This document shows, in pieces, positions 46,527-55,743 of a stretch of DNA of 64,000 nucleotides. Below the pieces are notes generated by a model that saw nothing but the letters and a program-made list of their open reading frames with translations, did not search any database and was not told the DNA's origin. The DNA lies in assembly GCA_964514975.1 (NCBI GenBank), contig CAZESS010000002.1:1-64000 (forward strand). Reading direction: 5' to 3'. Source of the DNA: an uncultured Thermoplasmatales archaeon (lineage in GTDB: Archaea; Thermoplasmatota; E2; UBA202; DSCA01). A program made the translations under genes and the position numbers. How positions within the stretch are numbered: the stretch's first letter is position 1; every line of letters starts with the position of its first letter.

Positions 46527-47081
46527 GTGGACATTGTCACCGTTGTATTGATCGCCGTCGCCCTGGCCATGGACGCCTTCGCGGTCGCCGTTGCCAGCGG
46601 GCTCTACATCCACAGGCTGCGTGTCAACCATGCCCTGCGCATCGCGGGTATGTTCGGCCTGTTCCAGGGAGCGATGCCCCTGGCCGGCTGGCTCGCCGGA
46701 CGGACAGCGCAGCGGCTCGTGGCGGCAATCGACCACTGGCTGGTGTTCGCGCTGCTGGCGGGCATCGGCGGAAAAATGGTCTACGAGTCCTGGCGGCTCG
46801 ACGAACGCCGGGGATTTGACCCGCTGGCCATGTCGTTTTTGCTGCTGCTTTCCATTGCAACATCCATCGACGCGCTAGCCGTCGGCGTCTCCTATGGCCT
46901 GCTCGACGTCGCCGTCGCCACACCCGCCGTTATCATCGGCGCTGTCACCTTTGGGCTCTCTCTTGCCGGCGTCTACCTGGGCGACCGGGTCGGCCATCTC
47001 TTCGAACGCCGCATCGAGGCTCTCGGCGGCGTCATCCTCATCGTTATCGGCCTCCGCATACTGATAGAGCATCTGATGTAA
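46527..47081 (+). CDS. mntP: Manganese efflux pump MntP
   Basis: LAMDAFAVA, FGLFQ..MP, IDHW, ATSIDALAVG. Confidence 0.93.
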   Translation: MDIVTVVLIAVALAMDAFAVAVASGLYIHRLRVNHALRIAGMFGLFQGAMPLAGWLAGRTAQRLVAAIDHWLVFALLAGIGGKMVYESWRLDERRGFDPLAMSFLLLLSIATSIDALAVGVSYGLLDVAVATPAVIIGAVTFGLSLAGVYLGDRVGHLFERRIEALGGVILIVIGLRILIEHLM

Positions 47082-47102
47082 GAAAACAGGGTGGAGGAAG
47101 GC

Positions 47103-47606
47103 CTACGGACTTTCAAGACCGATAAGCCAAATCGGCACCTGGATAATATACCTCAGATGAGGCAGATATTTTTTGACCTTATCGAATCTCATGCTTCCTC
47201 GCCAAGTTGGGTCATACTTTTTCTCAATTAATTTTTGAAATTGACGTGTTGTAACTATGTAGATACCTACGTCTATCTCGTTTCTGTATGAATAGGAGAG
47301 AGTTTGGAATTTCAACAAATCTATTCCCATAAAAGAGGGGTGAGAGAAAGCGACCTCGACCCCAACCCGGTTTTTCATAAAATCTATCTTTGCAGCGGGC
47401 TCATCCTCCGGGGCAAACACGGGCTGTTCGGTTTTCCATCCTTTTCCGGTAAAACTGTCCTTGAATGCCTGATTTAGATTCGGCCTCGTCATTTCGTTTG
47501 GATTCAAATCAATCGTGTCGATAATTTCTTTTACTTCCTGTTTTTGTGCCAGTCGGCTATTCAAGACTTCTTCTGCAAACCGATACGACCAGTCTCTATA
47601 TCGCAT
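47103..47606 (-). CDS. BglII/BstYI-family restriction endonuclease-like protein
   Basis: LN..F...F...GW, IDFMKNRVGVEV, DLLKF, IDVGI.I, VPIWLIGL. Confidence 0.8.
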   Translation of the reverse strand: MRYRDWSYRFAEEVLNSRLAQKQEVKEIIDTIDLNPNEMTRPNLNQAFKDSFTGKGWKTEQPVFAPEDEPAAKIDFMKNRVGVEVAFSHPSFMGIDLLKFQTLSYSYRNEIDVGIYIVTTRQFQKLIEKKYDPTWRGSMRFDKVKKYLPHLRYIIQVPIWLIGLESP

Positions 47607-47904
47607 TATTTCTTTCCCGTTCTAGATAAAGTTTTTCTTGAATGAAATCTGCTGTAACCGATGAATATGGAGATTGATATCTCACTGAATTATCTTGCTT
47701 AATCTTTTTGACCAAGCCGGCAGAAACCATCTTTTCCAGCGATTTAAACACCGATGCACGATATTTGATAGGAAAATTCTCTCCCTCAAGCTCATCCAAT
47801 ATTTCTTGGACGGTTTTTGCCTTGTCGATAATCACTCGAAGGATTTGCCGGGCTGATGACAACGACGAGATATCAAGCGTATCCTGAAAGTCCGGTTCTT
47901 CCAT
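47596..47904 (-). CDS. Winged-helix DNA-binding protein
   Basis: LSSARQIL, TVQEI, SVFKSLEKMVSAGLV.K......Y (ArsR-like wHTH). Confidence 0.75.
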   Translation of the reverse strand: MEEPDFQDTLDISSLSSARQILRVIIDKAKTVQEILDELEGENFPIKYRASVFKSLEKMVSAGLVKKIKQDNSVRYQSPYSSVTADFIQEKLYLERERNNAI

Positions 47905-47995
47905 CTAGTGGACAAATGCTATTAAAAGATCTTAACACTTTGTTTCTTTATAGGAAACAAAACATCATTTTTCTACTGGCGATAAAGAACCGGAC

Positions 47996-48867
47996 ATGAA
48001 CGAGCTCGGCTTGAGTCTGAAATTAAATTGGACATACCCGAATATGGGTGTATTTTATTCTGAAAAACCGCCCTTACGAGGAACATTTAATGAGAGACTT
48101 GAAAAAGCTAAAAAATTCGGCATCTCCCGCATAGAAATACCCTTTGATCTGGTTCGACTAGAAAACGAGGAATATTATCTATTGAATAAAAAAAAATTGG
48201 AGACATCCCAGAAAGAGAAGACTTTAAAAGTCTCTACAACACCAGTTGCAATAATACCTGTGAGTATATTCTACATACAGACCCGGAGCTAAAACCCCGC
48301 CATTACTTAAGATGGAACTCGGAGAAGTGGAGAAATAAGTACCTGAAATCTATCATAGATTTTGCAGAATTCAACGACCAAGCCCCTTTCGCAGTAGAGT
48401 TCCATCCAGGCAGAACGTCAAGAAGCAAAAATCATTTTGAGGATTTTATTACCGATGCGATTTCAATGTTTAGCGATATCTTCGGAGATAAACGTCCCTA
48501 TCTTTACATCGAAAACAGAACAAATCTATACATCTCTACAGTCGAAGACATCATTCAGTTGTATGAGAAAATTCAGGATAGAGTAAGTGGAACTGAAAAG
48601 AAGCGTTTCGGATTTAGCATAGATGTTATGCAGCTTTATTCGCAAATTGGAGCAGAATCAATCAATGAGCTCCCGAAAATTCCTAGACACGCGATAAAAA
48701 ACTGGCATATCCATTACCGCCACCAACCACCTAGCATCGATGACCCAATAGATTGGCGTAAAGTTGTAAACTATATCATGCAAAGTCAGCCGGCCATTGT
48801 TTTACCAGAGGTATTTTCAGATCGAGGTGTACAAACCACTCTTGAATTCATCGAAGGTTTACCATAA
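47996..48867 (+). pseudogene. Xylose-isomerase/AP-endonuclease-2-like TIM-barrel gene interrupted by a frameshift at an A9 run (48188-48196)
   Basis: ORF 47996-48292 and the -1 frame (open from the A run to 48867) join into about 290 aa with IEIP, ILHT, EFHPG, IENR, SID..Q, WHIH..H, PEV motifs. Confidence 0.7.
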
Positions 48868-48970
48868 TTATTACAATTACATATAACCACTTAACCCTCC
48901 CTCGATTTTGTTTCAAAAGTTTAACAAATATGTCAAATTAACCGAATGGTAAAACAATCATTGCCCTGGC

Positions 48971-49027
48971 CACTAACACCTATATTTCCTCCCATTCTTT
49001 GAGGATGCTCTGCCAGTTGAACTCCTC
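48971..49027 (+). repeat. 57-bp direct repeat, copy 1 (duplicate of 3' end of gene 50527-51756)
   Basis: 56/57 identical to 50518-50574. Confidence 0.95.
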
Positions 49028-49065
49028 CGCGTGCGGACAACGGCTGCCCCGTGATTTGTTTGAAA

Positions 49066-49087
49066 AATTTAACAAAAATGTTAAATT
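49066..49087. promoter_or_regulatory. Perfect 9-bp inverted repeat upstream of the AbiE operon (putative autoregulatory operator)
   Basis: aatttaaca-aaaa-tgttaaatt, ending 20 bp before the ATG at 49107. Confidence 0.65.
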
Positions 49088-49106
49088 AGTGGAGTGATTA
49101 TGGGGT

Positions 49107-49925
49107 ATGGCAGTGTGGAATGACATCGTTACGGCTGGCCGGAGCAGCGACCAGCCGCTCCATCACGTATTCCAGGAGCATCTGCAGAAAACCGTGCTGA
49201 CGGCGCTCAGCCGGAGAGAGGCGTTCACCGACATCGTGTTCCAGGGTGGGACAGCCCTCTGCTTCTTCTACGGCAACCCCCGCTTCTCGGAAGACCTCGA
49301 CTTCGTACGCCGGGGCAGCAGTACAGTAGACCTGACAGCCCACGCCACGGCGGTAGAAACCTTCGTAGCCGCCATCTATCCCTTCCTCGACGGATGCAGC
49401 GTCACGGTCCAAAAAGACACGCGGGAGCTACAGCGGCTCGTGCTCACCACCCGGGGCGAGGTCACAGAGCAGCGCTGCCGCATCCACCTCGAGCTAGCAC
49501 ACGTTCCATCCTACATGGCAACCCCACGCATCCTCGATCATCCGCCGTTTCACCCTGCGGTGCAGGTGGAGCAGCCCGAGGAAATCCTGGCGGACAAGCT
49601 GGCAGCGCTCGCCCTTCGCCCGTATCTCAAGGGCCGCGACCTCTGGGACATCTACTTCCTGACCAGGGAAAAAAACATCGATATCCACTGGAATCTGGTG
49701 AAGACAAAAATCAGCGATTACAACGGCGACCCGGAGCGGCTTCCTGCAGCCAGCAAAACCGTGCAAAACGAGGGTGCACAGGCGCTCGCGGACGAGCTGG
49801 CCCGGTTTTTGCCTCCTCGTCTTCACGAGCAGTACCGCTCCAGATTCGACGATATCGCCGCTCATGTCGCCGCCGTCGCAGCCGCAGCCAGAGACACAAT
49901 GGAGGAGAACGCCGATGAAGGTTGA
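49107..49925 (+). CDS. AbiEii-type nucleotidyltransferase toxin (type IV TA)
   Basis: FQGGTAL..FYG.PRFSEDLDF, EILADK..AL, GRDLWDI. Confidence 0.92.
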   Translation: MAVWNDIVTAGRSSDQPLHHVFQEHLQKTVLTALSRREAFTDIVFQGGTALCFFYGNPRFSEDLDFVRRGSSTVDLTAHATAVETFVAAIYPFLDGCSVTVQKDTRELQRLVLTTRGEVTEQRCRIHLELAHVPSYMATPRILDHPPFHPAVQVEQPEEILADKLAALALRPYLKGRDLWDIYFLTREKNIDIHWNLVKTKISDYNGDPERLPAASKTVQNEGAQALADELARFLPPRLHEQYRSRFDDIAAHVAAVAAAARDTMEENADEG

Positions 49926-50523
49926 CGAATGGCTGGCGTTCTTCCGTCGGCACCGGACAAAAAAACTGTTTTCCCTGGCAGATCTCGTCCAGCTCACCGG
50001 TATAGACAAGGCGTCGCTCTCGGTCCAGCTCACCCGGCTGATACGGGCCAACATCATCCGGCGGGCAGCCCGGCAGTGGTACGAAAACCCGTTCAACCAG
50101 CCATCCCGGGAAGACGTCGCCATGGTGCTCCGTCCTCCCGCCTATCTCTCCCTGGAATACGCTCTCTCAAAACATGGCATCCTGAGCCAGGCAGCCCGCA
50201 CGCTCACCCTGGCTACCACACGGCCTCCCTACACATATACCACATCTGATGCAACATACGAATACCACCAGATACGGCGGTCGCTCTTCTGGGGATATAA
50301 ACAGGAACACGATGTTGCGCTGGCCGAGCCCGAAAAAGCGCTGCTCGACCTCCTCTACATACGGCACGTAATGACCGATGAACTGAGCCAGCGCGCCCTG
50401 GGGTCGCTCGTCGACGACATGGACCTCGCAGTCATCACCCGGGACAGACTCCGCCGCTATGCAGACAGATTTCCCCGCGGGGTCAATGAAACGGTGCGCC
50501 ACCTGACGCCTGCCGTACACTAA
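49915..50523 (+). CDS. AbiEi-type antitoxin / transcriptional regulator
   Basis: N-terminal wHTH, PAYLSLEYALS.HGI, A.PEKALLDLLY. Confidence 0.9.
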   Translation: MKVDEWLAFFRRHRTKKLFSLADLVQLTGIDKASLSVQLTRLIRANIIRRAARQWYENPFNQPSREDVAMVLRPPAYLSLEYALSKHGILSQAARTLTLATTRPPYTYTTSDATYEYHQIRRSLFWGYKQEHDVALAEPEKALLDLLYIRHVMTDELSQRALGSLVDDMDLAVITRDRLRRYADRFPRGVNETVRHLTPAVH

Positions 50524-50574
50524 CGCCTATATTTCCTCCCATTCTTTGAGGATGCTCTGCCAGTTGAACTCCTC
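50518..50574 (+). repeat. 57-bp direct repeat, copy 2
   Basis: 56/57 identical to 48971-49027; contains the stop codons of both convergent genes. Confidence 0.95.
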
Positions 50575-51756
50575 GACGGCCGGGATGGCCTCCAGGCGGC
50601 GGATGATCCGCTCGTAGCCCTTGCCCAATGTCCGGATGCGTATCTTGGCCATCATGTCATATTCGCCGGCCAGCGCCGACACCGATGCCACACCGCGGAT
50701 ACGCCAGATCTCGTCGAGCAGCTCGGCCATCCGGTAGCCAGGTCTTGCATTGATGAACACATAGGCCTTGACCTCGGTCAGCGCAAACGAGGACACGCCC
50801 AGGATGACCAAGGTGATGCCCATGAGCTTGAACGCGAGCAGCGACGGCGACGCCGAAAACGAAAAATCAAGCACGCCGGACAGCGCCAGCGACAGCGGGA
50901 TGCTGAAAATAATCGTCGACGCCTTGACCGCCTGGGTGATGCTGGCCTTGCCGATGCCCAGCGCCCGGATGTACAGGATGTATGAAAAAAAGATGACGGC
51001 CATCGTGGCAGCCAGCCGGGGAAACGTGTCGCCGACGGTTGCCAGTGCCTGATGGAAAAAGGCGGGCCGGTAGAGGTAGACCGCCACGGTGATCATCCCC
51101 GCCGTGAACAAAACGTTCCATGTCCTGATGTTGACGGCGTCGTTCGGCCGGTCGTCGACGACTAAATGTTTGAGCTTTCGCTGGTAGACCGCCAAAACGA
51201 CCCATGCCGGGTTCATCACCAGAAAGATGACGAGCAATGCATCGACGTTCAGCGAGCCGGTCAGCGACATCGCCGCCATGATGGCGCCGAAGGTCACGAT
51301 GACCGATGACTCTATCTCGGCCAGCGTCGGCGCGTCTTTTTCCGACAGCGACTCCGCGACCAGCAGATACAAAATGACGATCTGGAAAAACGGGAGCACC
51401 GTCGACGGGTCAACAAACACCGATACCAGATAAAAATGCGACAATGTTACCACGGTGTTGCCAAGCCCCGCGAGCACATGGTACCCGAGCTCATGCCGGC
51501 GGAGCATACGCAGCCGGCGGAACGAGGGATCAACCCGGGCGCCCAGGCTCCGGCCCTTCCAGGGCAGCGAGAGCACGCCGGCGATGGTCAGCGTGACCGG
51601 TATCCCGGCCACCATGACCGCCATCCCGAACACCCATGAGTTCTCTATGTAGAGATGAGAAATGATGCCGTCCAGCGACGCAGAAATGGCGCCCAGCACC
51701 GAGGAGACCAGGAGCAGCACGTAGAACAGGTATTTTTTCCTGATGCGAAGGTTCAT
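50527..51756 (-). CDS. EamA/DMT-like membrane protein fused to C-terminal Lrp/AsnC ligand-binding domain
   Basis: About 10 TM helices, then KAYVFI....G....I.GV..V....GEYD...KI. Confidence 0.75.
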   Translation of the reverse strand: MNLRIRKKYLFYVLLLVSSVLGAISASLDGIISHLYIENSWVFGMAVMVAGIPVTLTIAGVLSLPWKGRSLGARVDPSFRRLRMLRRHELGYHVLAGLGNTVVTLSHFYLVSVFVDPSTVLPFFQIVILYLLVAESLSEKDAPTLAEIESSVIVTFGAIMAAMSLTGSLNVDALLVIFLVMNPAWVVLAVYQRKLKHLVVDDRPNDAVNIRTWNVLFTAGMITVAVYLYRPAFFHQALATVGDTFPRLAATMAVIFFSYILYIRALGIGKASITQAVKASTIIFSIPLSLALSGVLDFSFSASPSLLAFKLMGITLVILGVSSFALTEVKAYVFINARPGYRMAELLDEIWRIRGVASVSALAGEYDMMAKIRIRTLGKGYERIIRRLEAIPAVEEFNWQSILKEWEEI

Positions 51757-51995
51757 ACTGCTATCTCTTTCTCGATCACCGTCGTCGTCGTCCGCTTGAT
51801 GTTGCCGACCATCTGGATACGGTCGGTGATCTCCATCAGCTCCTCCAGCGACTCGACGGCGACCTTGACGATGACGTCGTAGTCGCCCGCGGTGACCGCG
51901 ATGCTCTCGATGTTGTCGATGCCCCGCAGCTTGCTGAGCACCTCCTCGAGCTTGCCGACATAGACCAGGATCATGATATAGGCCTTTATCACCAT
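51753..51995 (-). CDS. Stand-alone Lrp/AsnC ligand-binding domain protein
   Basis: KAYIMI, TAGDYDVIVKV, I..V.NI.RT.T. Confidence 0.88.
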   Translation of the reverse strand: MVIKAYIMILVYVGKLEEVLSKLRGIDNIESIAVTAGDYDVIVKVAVESLEELMEITDRIQMVGNIKRTTTTVIEKEIAV

Positions 51996-52497
51996 AGACA
52001 CCTCGGCATGGTATAGCCCGCGGTATTTAAAACATTGCCCGGTTTTTCAAGGCTCCGGTGCAAGCAGGTCCGCCAGCTCAATCGTCCGATACGGCACCAT
52101 GCATGGATGCCCCGGACATACGGGGCGTAGCGGTCGCGAAGCAGAGCTGCCTCCTGTCGGCCATGGTCGTACCATGACGATGCCGTGATATGTGTTACCG
52201 GAGCCCCGGTGTCTGCCTCGCCGTGGGTTTCCGGGGTATAGGGGACAGGACTGCCGGATGGCTCGCGGTCATCCCGGCATTGCCAGGCGGGCTGCTGCAT
52301 CGTGGCCAGCGGCATGAGGAGCATTAATAGGATGGCGGCCACGACGACGTGTCTATGGCGCATGGACACCTGTTTCCATCCCGGGCATTCAATGTGGTGG
52401 ACGCCACCGTGGTTATAACCGTTGCCGGTGCAGGTATGATACGGAGCCTGCCCTGGATGCGACACATATTTAAACGATTGTGGTTTATTTGGGAACG

Positions 52498-53118
52498 ATG
52501 ATACATCCCCGGTGGAAGGAAGCCGAGTTCGAGGAAATCGAGTACGAGCCGACCAGCATCAAGGAACTGCTCGTGGAGATGAAAAACATCTCCGAGCTCA
52601 TGATCGACCTTGCCTACTCGGCCATCTTGTTCAACAGCGAGGAGATCGCCGAGGAGGTCAAATATCTCGAAGTCCAGATGGACAAGCTCAACTACCACAT
52701 GCGCATCATGGCGATGCTCGCCGCCCGCGACAAGGAGGACGCTGAGCAGCTGGCGGGCATCCTGCAGATGAGCGAAGCAGCCACCGCGATATCCGACGCG
52801 GCGGGGGACATCGTCAAGCTGCTGTCGGTCAAGCTGTCGAGCCCCCTGCTGCCACGGCTGCTCCGCGAATCCGCCGAGATGATACGACGGATGACCATCA
52901 CCTCCGAGTCGAAGGCCATCGGCCACCGGATACCCGAGCTCCATGTCGCCTCCGAGACAGGCGTCCGCATCGTCGCGCTCCGCCGGGGAAAACACTGGCT
53001 GTACAATCCCGAGGATGTCACCCTGCGGGAGGACGATGTGGTCATCGGTGTCGGCCCCGAGGAGGGGCTCGCGCAGCTCGAAGATTTTTTCAGGGGGGAT
53101 GAGGAGGGGCTGGAATGA
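52498..53118 (+). CDS. PhoU-like plus TrkA-C domain protein
   Basis: EMKNISELMIDLAYSA, ISDAAGDI, ETG.RIVALRRG..W.YNP. Confidence 0.88.
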   Translation: MIHPRWKEAEFEEIEYEPTSIKELLVEMKNISELMIDLAYSAILFNSEEIAEEVKYLEVQMDKLNYHMRIMAMLAARDKEDAEQLAGILQMSEAATAISDAAGDIVKLLSVKLSSPLLPRLLRESAEMIRRMTITSESKAIGHRIPELHVASETGVRIVALRRGKHWLYNPEDVTLREDDVVIGVGPEEGLAQLEDFFRGDEEGLE

Positions 53119-53696
53119 GCGAGCAGGAGGCCCAGGAAATGCTCAGGGACATGAAGGAAAAAGCTGCCTTCATGGTCGACCTTGCCTATTCATCGGTTCT
53201 CTACGACAACCGTGACCTGGCTGAGGAGGTCTACGAGCTCGAGGAATTCGTCGACGATCTCAACGACCGGTTTCAGCAGATGGCCATCCGGGATGTGAAA
53301 ACCGACGAGCTGGACGTCAGCGAGGCACTGTCGATGATACAGCTCGCGATGTGCTCGGAGATGATCGCCGATGGCGCCCGTGCGATCGCCGACGTGCAGC
53401 TCCGGGATGTCGAGCTGCATCCCATCGTCAGGGAGAGCATCATGGAGTCAAACGAGGTGTTCGTCCGCGCCACCATCGACCCGTCGTCGGTGCTGGCCGG
53501 CCGGTCGCTCGGGGAAATGGAGCTGGCCTCGGAAACCGGGATGTGGGTCATCGCTCTCAAGCGAGCCGGCAGGTGGACCTACGACATCGGCAGGGACACC
53601 CTGCTCCAGCCCGATGACGTGGTTCTCGCTCGTGGCGCCCGCGAGGGCATGGAGCATTTCCGGGCGCTTACCACTGGCGTCGACCGGGAGATATAG
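53115..53696 (+). CDS. PhoU-like plus TrkA-C domain protein (paralogue)
   Basis: MVDLAYSS, E.IADGA..IA, ETGMWVIALKR. Confidence 0.88.
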   Translation: MSEQEAQEMLRDMKEKAAFMVDLAYSSVLYDNRDLAEEVYELEEFVDDLNDRFQQMAIRDVKTDELDVSEALSMIQLAMCSEMIADGARAIADVQLRDVELHPIVRESIMESNEVFVRATIDPSSVLAGRSLGEMELASETGMWVIALKRAGRWTYDIGRDTLLQPDDVVLARGAREGMEHFRALTTGVDREI

Positions 53697-53699
53697 GGG

Positions 53700-54986
53700 T
53701 TACAGGCCGTATTTGAAAATCCATGCCATGTAGCCGTCGTCGCCGACATTGCCCACCGCTCCGGCGTTGATCTCCATGACGCCGTCGTTGTCCATGTCGC
53801 CGACCGAGGTAACCGCGAGCATCCCGTAGGTATCCTCAATGACGTGCTCTTCCTCATAGGTTTCGCCGTTCCACCCAAGGATGTGGACCAGGTCGGTGCC
53901 GACGCAGACCTCGGCGCTGCCGTCACCGTCGACGTCGCCGATGTCGATGGCCTCGATGGTGTCCATCTCCCGCTGCCAGACCCGGTCCCATTTTTGCTGG
54001 TAGCCGGTGCCGTTCCATTCCCATATCTGGAGCTCGGGGTGCCGGAAGGTGATGTGTATCTCCGGCCGGCCATCGTCGTCGCTGTCCTTGGATACCAGAC
54101 CGAACACGTGATGGTCGAACTCGGCTATCTCCGTCGCGACGAAGCCGTCGCCTGTCCAGTCGAGCACGACGCCGCGGTGGCCCGGCCCGACAACGGTTTC
54201 GTTGTCGCCGTCGTCGTCCACGTCGGCAATCCAGGGGAAAAACACGGAGCCGCCGCTGGGGTCGCTCCACGATGCCTCTTTCACAAACTCGTCGCCGTTC
54301 CACCCCAGGGCGATGACCTCAGGCACGCCGCGGTAGCCGCCGGTCACGATGATTTCGTTGTCGCCATCGTTGTCATAGTCGCCGACCACGCAGTCCAGGG
54401 TGGTGCCCGACTGCCCCTCGTTTTCGTCGACGATGATGTAGCGGCCCATCAGCGTGTAGCGCCAGCCGTTCCATTCAAAGGCCGAGAAATGGTTGCCCCA
54501 TGCCACGCCGATCTCGTTGTCGCCATCGTTGTCCAGGTCGGCGATGGAGAAGCCGGTGGCGGAGCCAAAGGGCTGGGGTACCCGGTGGTAGTCGCCGAAC
54601 AGGTTGAGCCAGACGCCGTAGCCGATGCCGAACACCGGGTCCACGATTTTCTGCTGCTCGTAATATGTTCCCGATGCCATGTCGTATTTCATGACCCGCA
54701 TGAACGGGTCGCGGCCGCCGATGAGCAGCTCATTTTTCCCGTCGTTGTCAGCGTCGCCGACAGGCTGCGGGCCCTCGTAGCGGGCGCTCCACTGCGGCCA
54801 TGGACCATAGTCCCGCTGCCATTGCACCCCGTAGGTGTCATCTACCCCTGATGGTACAGGAGCGCCATCGCCGTTGTGATGCAGCGCTGCTGCATCGTCC
54901 TGCTGCGTGGTTGCGGGCAGTGACAGCACAACGGCGTTCAATGCAAATAGGAGGAGTACGGCCAGCGTGACTGCTTTTCCTTTCAT
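53700..54986 (-). CDS. Secreted FG-GAP/VCBS repeat protein
   Basis: Signal peptide and seven (G/A)D.D.DG..E Ca-binding repeats. Confidence 0.88.
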   Translation of the reverse strand: MKGKAVTLAVLLLFALNAVVLSLPATTQQDDAAALHHNGDGAPVPSGVDDTYGVQWQRDYGPWPQWSARYEGPQPVGDADNDGKNELLIGGRDPFMRVMKYDMASGTYYEQQKIVDPVFGIGYGVWLNLFGDYHRVPQPFGSATGFSIADLDNDGDNEIGVAWGNHFSAFEWNGWRYTLMGRYIIVDENEGQSGTTLDCVVGDYDNDGDNEIIVTGGYRGVPEVIALGWNGDEFVKEASWSDPSGGSVFFPWIADVDDDGDNETVVGPGHRGVVLDWTGDGFVATEIAEFDHHVFGLVSKDSDDDGRPEIHITFRHPELQIWEWNGTGYQQKWDRVWQREMDTIEAIDIGDVDGDGSAEVCVGTDLVHILGWNGETYEEEHVIEDTYGMLAVTSVGDMDNDGVMEINAGAVGNVGDDGYMAWIFKYGL

Positions 54987-55069
54987 GGTAACAGGGAATG
55001 CGATGGCCAAATTATAACGTTTATGCTGGGGCTGCCATCGCTGCACCGTCAAAATCGTGCAAGATGAGA

Positions 55070-55366
55070 GGGAGTGAGGTGTAGGCCGTAACCCCCCTTC
55101 TGTTCTAGGCGGCATTCACCTTGGCGTCCCACCTCCGAGCGGTCCCGAACAACCGATCCCGGTATTTGGACTTGCTCCAGGATGGGGGCCGTTTCACCAG
55201 ATCCCGCCGCAGCGTCATCCCCGCGGGAGTCATCCTCGCGGCGGGCTGTGTCGTTTCTGCTCCCCCATACGGGACTCTCGCCCCGGCTGTTACACACCTG
55301 GTTCGGGAACGAGGGAGGAGTTTCCTCAGCGCGAAGCCGTGAGCCGCGCACCTACTCCTCACTCCC
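55070..55366 (-). ncRNA. rnpB: RNase P RNA (archaeal)
   Basis: P1 helix GGGAGTGAGG.GTAGG / CCTAC.CCTCACTCCC, GAGGAAACTCC near the 5' end, AACAGAAGGGGGGTTA near the 3' end, GCAGAAAC/TGAAAC/GAGCAAG internal motifs. Confidence 0.92.
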
Positions 55367-55401
55367 GTCGAAGGATAGCCACAGGGATATAAATGCTTTG
55401 T

Positions 55402-55671
55402 TCACCGCCTGCGCCGGAGTCGCTCGTATTCCCGCTCGGCTATCCGGTCGACGAAGCCGTGGCCCATGAAGGCCTCCATGAAATGCGCGGCGATGCCGAT
55501 ACCCCACCCGAACAATGGGAAAACAAACCAGGGGAAGCCGCCGCCGGTCGCCTACCACAATACCGCCAGGAAGGCGTTGACCGCCAGGTAGACCGCGAGA
55601 TGCACATAAAAATCGGCCTTCCGCTTGGCTCGCTCACGCGCCACACGACGGAGCTCCTCCTCGCTTTCCAT
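55402..55671 (-). pseudogene. 2TM-domain protein with in-frame TAG at 55552-55554
   Basis: A.KRK.DFY.HL.VY..VN..L..W*ATGGGFPWFVFPLFGWGIGIAAH continues in frame after the stop. Confidence 0.8.
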
Positions 55672-55743
55672 ACACCGGCAACGAAGCTTTTTATAAAAAC
55701 CTGCTGCTGCCAACGTTTTTAAAATCACTGGGCTTTCCCCGCT

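Noticed and set aside
51989-52465. 158-aa ORF with an internal signal-peptide-like stretch
   Set aside because: No recognisable domain, and it runs over the promoter region of the Lrp-domain gene; cannot be supported as a real gene
55552-55554. Genome-wide TAG recoding (pyrrolysine code)
   Set aside because: Many intact genes here end in TAG at their expected C-termini (for example purA, proS, the SSB gene), and no pyl genes are in the window
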